A DNA stretch of 63,819 bases, the filler included, from Platydemus manokwari (Eukaryota), in NCBI GenBank assembly GCA_037951405.1. It is 6 parts of 6 records of this genome, joined end to end, with 100 filler letters (N's around TTAATTAATTAA, not from the genome) between each part and the next. Parts side by side here need not be neighbours in the genome. Positions count along the whole stretch, not along the records: positions 1 to 15,527 come from JBBMOY011263651.1; 5 more parts are not named here. The stretch is one strand, 5' to 3'. Shown here in pieces: positions 1 to 13,846 of this stretch. Position numbers and translations under genes: made by a program. A model generated the notes under the pieces. That model worked only from the letters and a program-made list of their open reading frames with translations, had not been told where the DNA came from and did no database searches. Each line of letters begins with the position of its first letter. The first letter of the stretch is position 1.

Positions 1-2304
1 AATATCTTTTTACAAATTGTGCATTTGTAATCTGATTTTATCTCTATTATATTAACACCCATCAATCTTTAACAGATTGGTTTATTATTCCTTCTTAAAT
101 ACATAATGTAGAATACAGTTTCTTTCTTCCCATCATGCACCTCATTGCATAAGCATATAAACATGGATTTAAATACAAATTCTAATTTCGCTGAGTTCTT
201 CCACTATAAGATGATAGCATGTTGATAATGCATCGTTAAGTCGGTTGGGTTTTGACGCTTATAAACTCTACCCAACAGATGAGTTCGATTAAGGCTAACA
301 TGTTGTAAAATCAAATTAACCCTCCCGATAATCAGTCTATTAAGTCTATTTGACAAATAACTATTAAATAAATCAGAATGCAAAGACTTTTTATATGGAA
401 AATGAATTTAATTAATTATCGGATCAACTGTCTTTAAATTATAATTATCCAAATAAAATGATTTAACTCAGATGATTTTCTGGTTGGGATTTTTAGAAAT
501 ATAACAAATTTACTGGTACATAAGGTAATATGATGTTGCCAAAGTTCTTGTTAAAGTTTCTTATGGGGAGAGATCTAATCTGTCAATACTCTAAATTTTG
601 TCCAATAAATGTTAACACGCCTCTGAAAATAAAATTAAAAGATATACACTTTTCGATACACCGAATCAACAAAGTTACTAAATTCCAATTTTATTATCGC
701 GTAATTCCATAACTCATTAAATAATCGTCATCTTTCAACAACTAATTCGAATCGTATAATATCAGCAACTTTCGAAAATACATCCATTCTCACAACCGAT
801 TTTTTTCGAAAATCCATAACGCGAATATCATAAACTTTTTCATAATTTTAAAGTCTGTTTTCATTACCACCACTTTTTCCAATTTCCTAGACTTGCAGTC
901 TGCTCTAATTGCCATTGATGACGCCCAATATAATGATTGGTTAACATTTTAGTGTAGACCACGAGTACATTATTATATTATCAGAGTTAATTCTCACTAG
1001 ATTTCTCTCAATTATTAAAAAAAAGCGTGACACAAATACGCACATCGGGTTTTATACAAAGTCTTGTGGAAAGTATTTACTTCATAGAATAAGAACATAT
1101 TGTTCTGATAATTTTTGTACTTTGAGAAAAGACCAGTACATATGTAAGAATAATTTCAAATAAAGTATTTTTAGATTTCATAAGTATTTGGTATTTATAA
1201 ATGTTATCCAATTATATTATTAATAATTTCTATTGAATCTGACTCCAAAGGTTGATGTGTGTATATCGTTAACAGTAAATTTTCTGAAATGATTTAGAAT
1301 AAATATTTAATAAAGTATAACTGATATTAACAACATTTGTCAACGCTAAATATCAATAAAACATCGATAAGTAAACAAATCGATAAACAAATGTTATTTT
1401 TAAATTAATTTGGATACTAGTTCTGCTGGAAAAGTTATTGATGAGGATTTGAATTTTCTTGTGAAAATATCCACAAGGGCCCTTGTTTTTGGTTCACATT
1501 TTGAAGATAACTTGATTCTACTTGCTATCGTAGCAAATAAGTAACTAAAATTGATGAAATTAATTTTTATAATTTGAACCTTTCATTGTATTTAGTTCAA
1601 GTTAAAAATTTTAGGCAAATTCATTTTATTGATAATTATCAAAATAAGAATCTTTAGTTAGTTAATAAACGAGATTAAAGAAATTGTTTAGGCGATACAG
1701 AATGTTATCTAATTAACTTCTCTGAAAATCAGAACGAGAACAATTTTTTGAAATTGCTTGTTTTTGAGTTATCATTTTTCAGGTGATTTTGATTCATTCA
1801 TGTTTATTTTACAGAAAATTAATCGATTTCACATGACTATGGTAAGTATTTCTTGCTAAGTTTAATAATGTATAATATCACGAGGTGAATAATGATCATT
1901 GTGAGGATTTTAAAAATAATTTAAATTGGAATGTTTTATATTAAGAATTTATATAAAAAAATGCTGATTTGTTTTTAATAATTTGATTGAATATTTTATA
2001 TCCTGTGCCTTTTCGATTCGTTTTCGACGCGTGTTTTATAAAATAATATCGGTTTACATACATAAAGTGTTATTTTGCTAATTTCTTTTTATTATTTATA
2101 CTGATTTTTAAATCTTTGTTTATACTGTTTTCGATTTTTTAAAATCTTTTTAGTGTTTGTTGAATATTATTTTTAGGTTTATTAGTTATTGTTTGTTTAT
2201 AGATTTTCAATGTTTCTTTATTCTTTTAGATTTTATTTGATATATTTTTGGATTCTTAATAATTTTTCACATTGAAATAATTTTACTCTGAAATAGTTGT
2301 ACCT

Positions 2305-2380
2305 ATTACTACTATTATGATTATGATTATGATGATTATGATTATGATAATGATTATGATTATGATTATTATTATTATTA
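2305..2380. repeat. (ATT)/(ATGATT) microsatellite
   Basis: Directly visible; it produces the N/H-rich spurious ORF 2233-2445. Confidence 0.9.
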
Positions 2381-2461
2381 CTTGGACGCAGTTTGATATT
2401 GTTGAGTAAAGATGAAATGACACGAAAAGAAAAAAGATTTGGCATCTTGGAACTCTTGTTT

Positions 2462-2730
2462 TAGCATTTCATGCCTACACAACCATATAGACACAGCAAT
2501 TAACCAATCACAGGTGACTTAGATGGGAAATTATAATTGGAAAAAGGAACATACCTACACAGTAACACACATAAAGATTGACCAATCCCGAGTATACTAG
2601 AAAATCAACAAATGTAATTGGAGCTTGGGAAATAAAAGATCAAATCAAAATGTAATACAAACGTGATACAAAAATTATACACTAATCTCAAAGAAAAGGT
2701 ATCAATGTAAAGATGTCCAACTGCCATTTG
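2462..2730 (+). repeat. dispersed repeat, copy 1 (possible solo LTR)
   Basis: Colinear similarity to 42525-42790 (caat-aaccaatcaca, ataattggaaaaag-aacata, aacacacataa-gatt, aaagatc--atca-aatgt--tacaaa). Confidence 0.65.
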
Positions 2731-5645
2731 AAAGCCAAGTTTTATATTAAGTTTCATGAGATATTTTGTCGAGTTTTAGAGAGGTTACTGATTAATAAAA
2801 TAAAAGCCATATTTCCTCATTCTTAAAAATTATTTTCTTGGCCTTCGATTTTGACGTTGGATTCTATTTCTAAAACATTTTCAATGGCAAGTATGCTATG
2901 ATAGAAATAACTATTTTTCCAATAGGAAATATCGATAATTATAATAAGAATTGTTTTCACAACGAGTGGATCTAGAACTACAAATTAACTTAATCAGAAA
3001 AGACATCTAAACATATTATTTATAAGAATTGATAACAGCTTTAAGAAAAATATCCTAATTGCAGACAATTATAAGCAACAGATAAGATTGGCGATAAAGA
3101 TGGCAAAAATTTATAAGCAGATGATTGAAGTAAATATAAAATCGATAAATCAAAACTTGAAATACTAATTAGAATAATATATAGTTCTATCCATGACATC
3201 GATATCAGCGAATTTTTTATATTTTTAGCTGGTTCATTTAGTAATAACAATTTTTATATATTAGCTGATCAGCGGACAAAAGCTGATCGGTTATTCACAA
3301 ACCGATAGCAATTAACCAAAGTACTTTCTTTTTTCAAAATTGAGCAACACATCATAATGGCAAATGTGGAAATTAACTGAAGAAATCTATTCCATTAATC
3401 AATTATTGATATTTCTAATTTTTGCCTTCCAAATCGATTCGATTTTCAGAAATAAGTTGCAAATGAATTCGATTGGTTTCTCACCAAAATTCATTTACAA
3501 ATTGATTCTATCACGTGATAGGAATTTTCCAATGTCAATCGGCAATGTATTATTAATAAATTTCTATCAAGTCAAATTCGGGATTGGGTTTTGTAGTTGA
3601 ATTGATTTGGAAATAGTTAGAGTTTCAGTTAAATAAATCTCATAAGCGAAAATATTTAAATTCACTCATTACATAATAATAATAATGATGACACAATATT
3701 GATAATCTTTTATACTATTCAAAAACTAAATAGTTACTTTAAGACTTTAGATAGCTATAAGATTTCAATATATAATGCTGAGGTAATTTGCTATTTTCGG
3801 TGGCAGCTATCTTGTTTAATTTTTGAGAATTATATCCCAAAACAATCAAACATTTGTATACCAATTAAAATCTTTTCCATAGAGCTTCTTTTATTACCAA
3901 CATATTAAATATTAAAATATTTACTAAAATTTAAAATATTTTTTATTTATTTTAAATTATTAAAATTATTATTAAATTTGTTCCATTAAATTTTCCTCAC
4001 AACTATAGTAAGCTTCTGTGAGTCTAACACAGGTTCAAGACTCGTTTTTTCAATATCATCCAACAATGCTGGGTATGCATCGGTAATGTGACGGAAACAC
4101 AGACACTGACTGACCAACGACTGAATTTTGACTTGCAAAACTATTGGCTAATAAAGTAATTGCCACTAAAATTCTCTGCCAGTGCTTAAATACTAAATGA
4201 CTGAGTGAGTCATTGCTAGTGAAGTATTCAGAAAACTTTTTCTGACTGTAATTCTTAATCTGCATCTGGAATAAATTTTGTGATTTTTAAATCATTCTGG
4301 TTATTCTAAATGCCAATTAATTTTTATTTCTGGGAACTTTTATTTCCACTGGGTTATTAATGTTAGATTTTATTGCACTGATTAATTTAATGCCGCTGTT
4401 TTTCTTTGAAGTTAATTTCCCACAGAATAATACACAAAAATAAAATCAATACAATTTTTACACTGAAGTAAAAACTACAATTTCCCAAATAAAAAGGCGA
4501 CAAAATAAAAATAATAAAATAACTAATAAAATTAAATAATTTACTAATATATTAATTTTATATCTTCACAAAAATACATTTATAACTGAAAAGATGTTTA
4601 AAACAACAAAAATACAGCAGAAACATAGTCATATATAGAACAGATCCTTTGACTTTTATTGATCGTCTTGACTGATTCATCCTCAGTCCAATTCGCTTGT
4701 TTAAGATGTCTTCTATCTCTGTCCGACAAACTCATAAGGTTTCATTCGTTAAAATCAGAGGCAGTTTCGTTGCTCAACCGACACAAAAATATTTGATTTG
4801 AAAATTAAATCATTGATGTCAAATGCTGTACACGGTTTTAAGAAACATCTTAATCGAAAATTTTGTTTTCATCTATTGGCTATTCAATGATTTTAGAAAA
4901 TGTAATAAATTAATAAATTTTAAATTTGATATTACACTTATCAAAATAAACTAACAAATATGAAAATTAATTATCAATACAAATTCAATTATAAATTCAA
5001 TATCTGACTTCAAATAAAATAACGAATGCTGTTAAATAAAATATAGTTAGGATTACAATCAATAAAAATTAAGATTAAACACAAATTAAAGTTTCAAGTA
5101 AAATTGAGACAATGATAAAATAAAATAAAAGTTAAATAAAATAAGTTAAAAAAATAAATAAGTTAAAAGTTAAATAAAAGACAATGACCGCGGTATTAAT
5201 TAACTTTAATATAGAGTTCTATTGTTCTTTATAAAATTTGATTTTAAGTCTGTTGTGTTTATTCCTTAAAAATCTTGGTCGCTGATTAGCTTGCTTTTGG
5301 TTGTTATAGATTCTACGACGTATTTGAATTAATTTAAGTTAAGAAAGACACAATTTAAATTCATTATTATAAATTGTATAAAAAATTTCATTTTAAAAAA
5401 TTCCGAACGTTTATTTTCGAGGGCTTTTGTGATGTTTTTAATGTGTATTTATCCTGTTTTTCTCTCCTTTATTTGCTTTTGTTTCTTATATTTTATATAT
5501 ACTAATTAGATACTTTTTATTCCGTGTTGCTATTTTTAGTTTTGATCATTTTGTCATCCTATTCTTTATTTCTAATTTTATCTTTTGGTCAATTTTTTAA
5601 TATATTTTGGAAAAAAAATTATATTAATTATAATTCTTATCTGGA

Positions 5646-5875
5646 ATGGAATCTGGTTCCAACACAACAGAAAAACATTCTAACTTTATTATGATATGTG
5701 GTGTCTGGTACTGGTAAATCCCTATTAGTGAATAATCTGTTGAGTTACGAATATTCACCAAAGCATTAATGAAGAATTTATTGATCTAATAATATTTAAT
5801 GTGGAATTTAGAGACCGAAGTAAATAATATTTACCAAGTTATCAGCTAGAACCTACTGATTTTACAAAAGGATGA
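5646..5875 (+). pseudogene. degenerate P-loop NTPase fragment (small GTPase/septin-like Walker A)
   Basis: MESGSNTTEKHSNFIMICG, then a frameshift to SGTGKSLLVNNLLSYEYSP; stops follow. Confidence 0.4.
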
Positions 5876-7881
5876 GCCTGTTTTGTTAAAAAATTAACAT
5901 ACAATCAGCTGACACAAACCGTATAGCGTGCATAGCGGAAACTACAAGAATGACATAAACTTTTATTTATGAAAATTGATAAACTTAAACATATTATATT
6001 TACTTATATTAATCATATTATCTAACGTACAGATCGTTCAAGGAGTTATTACTAGTTGAATTATCTTTAAATCGTCACACCAAATAGTACTTAGCACAGA
6101 CTAGTAAGATTCCATCAAAAATATTAAATATATCCTTAACTAACAATTAAGACGAAAATTAAAGTTAGTTTACCATTATTTGATCCTTATATTTGCACAT
6201 TTTTATGAATCTCCTTTACAAAACCGATTTATAATGAACGCAAGTTTCTACAAAATAAATGATTGTCATTCTAAACCAAAGTTAACACTACTAAGCATCG
6301 AATATGAATTAATTTTACAATAAACGCCCGTAAAATGTAAAATAATCTCTCTGGAGATCACTCAACGTGAATAATTGAAACCATTCAGCTATTTTTTCTA
6401 CACGTTTATCATTGAGGATTTTGATTTACTGATATCTATCCGAATGTTAGCAATGACTTAATCCGATAATTCAACTAAAGATATATTTTTGTGTGGTTAT
6501 CAAAATCGACAAAATATCATTTCAAAGTCAACAACAAATACCAATAAACAGGTCAACTTGATAATTACAATTCATCAATTTATTGAAAACTCCTTGATTA
6601 AATCGAATTCACTATTTTACTTCATTTTCACAATCGATCATCTGTGATGAGATTTTCAATTCCATTTCGATTCAGTCTATCTTGATGGAAATAAGACAAC
6701 GGCAAAACAATTGCTCTACAAAAATCCATCAACTCAACTGTAAGGCGCCATTTGTGAATAATTTGTAGAAATAATTATCATCAATTTCTCACAAACGATG
6801 GATTTAAATACTATCAAAACGGTTTGCAATAATTCCGCTCATTGAACAATTAAAACCAACCATTTCCCGAACATCGTTTTTGCAATAATTCTCGTACAAA
6901 CAAATAATTCATTGTGAAAAATAGTTAAATTTTTCTGAAATATTTGCTTACACTGAATCAATTGTATCAATCAATATTATTCAATAGTATAATCCAATTC
7001 TATTCATTATAACTGGAAAATGCTCATCTTATTCTATTATTATTGTTCATCTTAATTTCAAAATTAAGTACAAAGATTTTTATATTTTATCTACTGTCTA
7101 ATTATTAATAAAATACAAGTAATAAAATAAAGATTATCAATCATAAATTCAAATATTTCAGAAATAGAGGAATATTCACAGAATATCTAAATACACTAGC
7201 ATAGATATCACACTAATAACGGTTAGGAAAAGTAAATAACAAATCACGATGACAAACTCAAATAATAAAATCCATGTAGGAAGAAAGGAATGATATATAT
7301 TGTTAACATGAATAATTACGATCGAATGAGTAATGAGATCACATCTCCATAGAAATATTGAACGATGAAAAAATGACGATGATCATCAACATAAGCTCAA
7401 TGGAAAAAATCGTCGGATCAAATCCATATTTATCATTCCAAAATTCCATTCCATGACCATTCCAAAACTGACAATATACATATTGTTTTATGAGTATTCC
7501 AGTACACTAGCTGAAGAGAAATACAAACCAAACCAAATCAAAAAGGAAACACGGTTAGTTATTATTTTTTCTGGTTTTCTGTTTTTCGTAGTTGGAAAAA
7601 ATAAAAAAAAATCAGCAGACATAAAATAAGAAAACAACCAACAGTTCTGTGTTGTTTTAATCAGTTCATAAATACATACTTATAGATTTTTTTTTCTCAT
7701 TTCCAACCAACACACACAGAGATAGATAGAGACTAGTTTTTGTTCAATTTTGCCAAAAAAAAACTTCCCATTAAGCAGTTTTTAATAATTTAGAAGCTTG
7801 TTGGTTAGCATTTCTGATGCGTTCTTCGTTGTTGATTGCCTGTAAATAAAAATAACAATATATATGAGGGTATCAAAGAAC

Positions 7882-8790
7882 GGCTTAAATTAACAAAAAG
7901 GGTCCTTTGACCACATTTTAATGCAATGATTTCCCGTGCATTATTTAATTTCAAAATTTTATTTAAAATGATATTTTTATCATATTCTGATTTAAAATAC
8001 AATTTAAGACGAAAAAGAATAAAAACATCTAAATTCCAGCAGAAAAATAACAATCCCAATATAAATGCCGATACAATGTGTTCAGTATAAATGTCTCGGT
8101 TTTCTGGATTCACAAAGCATTTAAAAATATTTCATGTTGATGATCTAAGTTTGGAAGGTAACTATAAAACCTTCAAACAAACCTAAAATCGATTTATCCG
8201 GCTTCCCCCCATCATCAATTACATATAAAGTAATACTTTAATTCTTAATTTTTATATGTATCTTAGAATGTTTTCTTCCAGGATTACCACAATTCAACTT
8301 TGAAATATAAAAGAGAAGACATCAAGAAATCAAATTTTTTATAACAATAAATTTTTAAAAATATATCAGTTTTATTTTTGGATTCTTATATTATTTTGTG
8401 AAAGTGGATTTATTTACACAATTCAGTTGATATCTCATATTTTATGATGTCAAATAGCAACTAAATATAATTATCAAACCAAGTTACTATTCTAATCACA
8501 ACTCTTCTATATTATATTTTAATTTTTTAAATTATAAATCGAGCTAGTAAACATCTGACATCTTTAATAGTCGAATATCATTCATTTTTTATATACCAAG
8601 GTTTCAAATAATAAAATTTTAGGAGATTTTGAATCTGTAATGTAATTAATATTTTATTTCTTCTTAAGTACTTAAATAAGAAATTCAAAATGTTTTTAAA
8701 GAATATAATCAAATAAATTATATCGATTTTCGCAGTACGATCAACGAATTAAAAATTTTATTTTAGCTTCGCTTTTCTTAATTCTTGGTC
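7882..8790 (+). mobile_element. GG-terminal non-autonomous DNA transposon (Merlin-like family), diverged copy
   Basis: Starts GGCTTAAATTAACAAAAAGGGTCCTTTGACC; 3' part (cttaagtacttaaataagaaattcaaaatgttttt...) matches the 20303-20897 copy. Confidence 0.6.
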
Positions 8791-11700
8791 AATAAACGAT
8801 TACAGGGGAATCAGTAAATAAAATTAATCTAATGACAACAACAGAAGAAAATCAGTTCGTGTCGTTATGAATTGCGTAGAATGAACTGTGGGTTTTCCGA
8901 AAAAATGACATTTCACTATGGCCTTTTCGATTGGTCGATTCATTCAATGTATTGACAGATGATTTTAAATGAATGGATTGGCTTAGTACCTTATACTATC
9001 AAACTAATTCAAGTGGAAAATCGTTTTAGATTCCGTTTTTGTTATTTTGTATTTACGTGGAACTTGTATTGGTTAGCAAATGAAATGAGTTGTTTATAAA
9101 TTATTACTTATATATTTGATATGATTTCAAGACTAAAAAATAATATTAATCTTTAATATCATGACATCATTTTAATGTTATGTCTGCTGGTAGATTTCCC
9201 TATTCATATTCTGCAAAAATATTAATTTTCCCCGACTATATGAATCCTGAACGGCTATGTAAAGCTTAAGTATGCTAATCTGGTATAGAAAAACCCACTG
9301 AAAGTATAAAAAATACGTTCGCATGACAGGCGTAATTTGTTATAAAAAGAACAGTGTGTATTTTTACAATATTTTTACATTACAGACTAATATTTTTACG
9401 AAACAAAAGGGAAAATCAATGAAATTCATTTAATAATACAAAACAGGTAAACCAATCGATTCAGACCTATCACGATAACTTTGAGGATTTATAGTAATTT
9501 GAAATTTGAAAAATTTTTAAATCAAATGTTTATAAATTTTTATTTATAATTTCAATTCAAATAAAATTTGCTGCCGTGATTTTTCAGTTCGTTTGTAATG
9601 TGTGCTATATAAAATACTAGCGGCTTACTATTAGGGGAAGCCACGATATAAACAAGTACAGTGAAATATTAGTTTGAAAAGAAAGTTTAAACGTGAAAGT
9701 ATTTACAGCACATGCACCAATATATAAGCAAGGAATAAATTGTACTTCAGTAAAGAAGAAAAATTCTATAAAATATCTTAAAAATGAAAACAATATCAAC
9801 TTTTCCGGATTTTATTTCCACCGGAAATTTACTAATGGCATAAAGTTTTAATTTTTATTATTAAATCGAAACAAGATCTTAAACAAATTTAAAAATATTT
9901 ATTTTGTTTAAAATAATGATTCATGAAACATTTCCCATATTTGGAGAACGGTTTTGTGTTTACCGATGCTCCCAAAGGAATGACAAGACCGATTATCTAT
10001 GATTTACAAATAGTTCACTATTATGAAAATTGAATCCACGAAATTTTCGAAATGTGACTGTCTGTATAAGTACCGATTTTGTAAAGCCCTTGAGACAAAA
10101 CCATAATTAACATTTGAAGTGATGTTAAAAATTTTGTTTTACTGTGTTCAAAAGAGAATCAAGTCACAATTTATACCAAGATTTCTGGAATTTTGTTTAA
10201 GAAAAACTATTGTCTTGAGAATACATTGTAAGAGACAGACAGAGAGAGTGAGAGAATGCGTTTTATAACAAAAATTAAGATTAGCAAAAAACCCTCTGGA
10301 AATTTGTTTTAAAAATGCTTGATTTGTTTGTAATAATAAATAAGTTGAGAAAATCGTATAAATGAATTTTTTCATTGAATCTGCAATTTTAAGCAAAGTA
10401 GCTACTAGTGACAGGACTTATAAACGTGAAATGGATACAAAAATAAATCACAAAAAGCGAAACAGACCAAAATTTTAAATGGTTTCTTAAATCCAATACG
10501 ATGAACAAGATAAAAATCGACAAAGATTTTCCGAATTTTCCACCAAAATCCACAAAGAAATAAAATATTCATCGAATAACGAATCAAATAGCTAAATTGA
10601 TTGTAACGGCATGAATATTTTTACACAATTCACTTTATCGAGTGGATTTTAGAAAGTAAATTCGTCTCAACATCATCGGAGAAAACTTGTTATGCCATTT
10701 CTGAGTTAATTGTAGACGACTATTTGATATGATGGGCTTCGGTTCATGAATTTTAATAATAAATAAATTGAATTACAGTTATAATGACATAATATAATTT
10801 ATATAAATAAATAAATAATAATAATTAATATAAGCAATCCACAATAATTTTTAATAATAATAATTAAATAATAATAATTAATAATAATCAATGATTGTAA
10901 TTAATAATGAATTATAATAAATATTAAAAATAATAATTAAATTTAGAATAAAACTATAAATAAAAATAGCTATTTTAATAATTAAATTGTTGATGCTATT
11001 AATTTTCACTAATAAAAACAAATATTGAATTAACATCAACAATTCTATCAATAAAACAATAATAAATGTGAAGATTTTAAAGTTTTTGAAAAAATACATT
11101 TCTGGGTTGAACAGTTTAAATTTATTTTCTATTCCAATTTAATGAAATCCCATCAGCAACTAATAACAACAACAATATTTATTCTCAATAATACGTTATT
11201 CTTATTAATGCCTTTAATTATACAATTTAATTTTATTTCTATTCCTATTACTCGAGTCAATGTCACTCATTCAATGGAGATCAATACTTGCTTAATATCA
11301 TTCTCATCGATAATCTTTTCAGAATTACTTTTTGCATTTGAAATTTCTGATAAATTTCAATCGGCCTGATTGAATCGATTTTTAGAAAAATCAATTATTA
11401 AGCCATTTCGAAAACATTTACTTTCAATGGAAAAATAGTTTAAATATAAATTGAAAATTCTACTTCGATTGACTGTGGCTGGTGACGAATACCATTTCTA
11501 GTACCATCGGTACATTTATTGATTGTGTTAACATGTCATTGTTTAAATACATTCGTTTATCAATACATTTTAAATTGTTTTTCGATATATTCGCTTGCAA
11601 ATATCAATACTCGATTATTATCAATACTTTCCCTATAACAAATGAGATGATGTTAATCGTTATTCGAGTATAATTCAAAATTATGTCTGGTTAATAATAG

Positions 11701-12399
11701 ATTTTTGGTGTCTTGACTTTTCAGTTCGTTTCTAATGTGTTTTTTTAAAACAGTAGTGGCTAACAAAGCTTATATCAGATTTGCGATTTATTTTATTTTC
11801 AACATGTTACGATATCAGCTGACGACGGAAAATGAGATTGTAAAACCCGACTTATCTCTGAACATGGTCGGAATCATTTTTAATCAAAAGGAGATAATCA
11901 CGCAAGGTGGGATCAGTATCTGAAAATCAAACGACCAAACAGAAGACAATCATAAAAACTGGTTGTCAGAAGAATCACGTACAAGCCGCACAGAATCGAA
12001 ATTATCGACCAATAGGGCTGACGGATCCTCGTGAAATCCAATTCCTTTCATAGGCTTATTGTGTGTATTAACTCGATGCCTCAGAGCTTCACTTTTCATT
12101 TGATAAAGCACGTCACACGTCGGTACGTCAGCAAATTTACGCATGTCTCTCGTGTCTTTGGTGACTCTCGATGTTTATTGCATGTTTTTGGTAAGCGAAA
12201 ATTAATTATTGAGTTCAAAATATGGATTTATCTATAGGAAGAATCTGATTGGTTATTGGTAAGATACCTTATCGAATTTGTGTATATCAATCCTTTAAGG
12301 GTTATTTCCGTGAATATTTTGGTATTTTATATGATCGATCAAACAAAAGGTTAAAACTCCAGATAAATCAAATATTATGTTAAGTGACATCGTTGGGGA

Positions 12400-13050
12400 T
12401 CTCTCTCACCATGAAAATATCGATATTTCGTTCAATATTCATACCACATAAAATAACCAATCTCGATAAGAATAATAATTCTACTGCAATTGCTCTTCTG
12501 TCTGGATTTAATTGATTGCTTTAAATGCTTCATCTCATTTTAATTATTTTCTCACCAATTCCCACTGATATCACACTCAACTGAGCGATATTCCACTTAT
12601 TTCGTACTGATTTCAGCGATCACAGCGAAAATACATATCGAAACATTTCATATATTCGTACAACGACTGCATCGTCAATTTTACAACATTTACAAAATTC
12701 AATTTGTCAGATTATTTTTAATTTGCCCTCTTTCTGTCATTATTTACGACCAAATATCGTTGCCAAGATTCCTATCTCATACATTTCCCATACCACAATG
12801 AATCACAACAATGTGGCACGCGAATAAATATTTTTCAACCCACTGCCTGCGATTTTCAAATCCATTCAAACCAATAAATCCATGGAATTGTTTTTGTTAT
12901 TTGTTTCCCAAATGAATTTACTTTGTTTTTGTTTCTTCTATTCACTCCATCTTTATCTGGTTATAATGACACATAACTCGTCAATATCGAAACAAGATTA
13001 TTCTTTGATATCTGTGATAGGAATGGAAATAATTATCAGTGCTATTATCA
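12400..13050 (-). mobile_element. very degenerate LTR-retrotransposon RT-like relic
   Basis: Fragments FDIDELCVII (YIDD-like), LKIAGSGLK and DEAFKAIN in RT order, with many stops and frameshifts. Confidence 0.25.
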
Positions 13051-13561
13051 CAGAGCCAAATAAAATTGAAACAAACTAGCTCAGGTATTAAAACAAAAAT
13101 ATCGACTATAATATCAACATTACATACACATGTCCCTTTATTAGGATGAACACAATAATTTATAAAATATCATCATTAATAATTCATTTCTCAGCAATGA
13201 ATCCAATGTTTAATAAATATTTTATTTATTTAATAAATTGAATTTAATAATATTTTGTTTTACTAATGTGGTATTATAACTGTCTGTGTTTTATCACAAA
13301 TGAAATTGGTTTCATTTTTATGACGATTTTCTTTCCATACAAACACCAAAACAAAAGCTGTCTTTGTCTCATTCTATTCCATCACAGTTGGATCCAATAA
13401 GAATTGAAATCGATATAAATTGAGATTTATTACTTCCCGATTAGGTGCTATACGACTTGATAAGTTCTCGCAACAATATGGAAGCTTCAGACTGATTTAG
13501 AGATAACAATTTTTATGGAGAAGATATAAAAATTGATTCGAATCAATCTTATTTTTGTCTG

Positions 13562-13846
13562 GGCTAAAGTTAACAGTATAACTAGAAATTATATTACACA
13601 ATCGTGGAACGAATATGCACTCAATGCGGGTACGGTTTTCGCAATTAGGTGAAATCAATAATGAGGAATTTGTTGATATGAAATCGAAATTTCAATTACA
13701 ACAACAAGGTATGGCAAAATGTTAAGTCATTAATCGTTATTAAAATGTCGTGCTCTCGAATCGTATGGAATGATGAATTCATTACTTATTAGAAGAAAGC
13801 ATTACGAAATTGAGTCAGACATACAGACACTCTCATAACCTTAACC
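13562..13846 (+). mobile_element. internally deleted Merlin-like element with transposase remnants
   Basis: Left end GGCTAAAGTTAA shared with the MITE family; right end ataaccttaacc; internal QLGEINNEEFVDMKSKF and SRIVWNDEFITY resemble Merlin/IS1016 motifs (xEIDESKF; GSxIWSDEWxAY). Confidence 0.4.

Noticed and set aside
2233-2445. His/Asn-rich ORF
   Set aside because: It is the translation of a microsatellite
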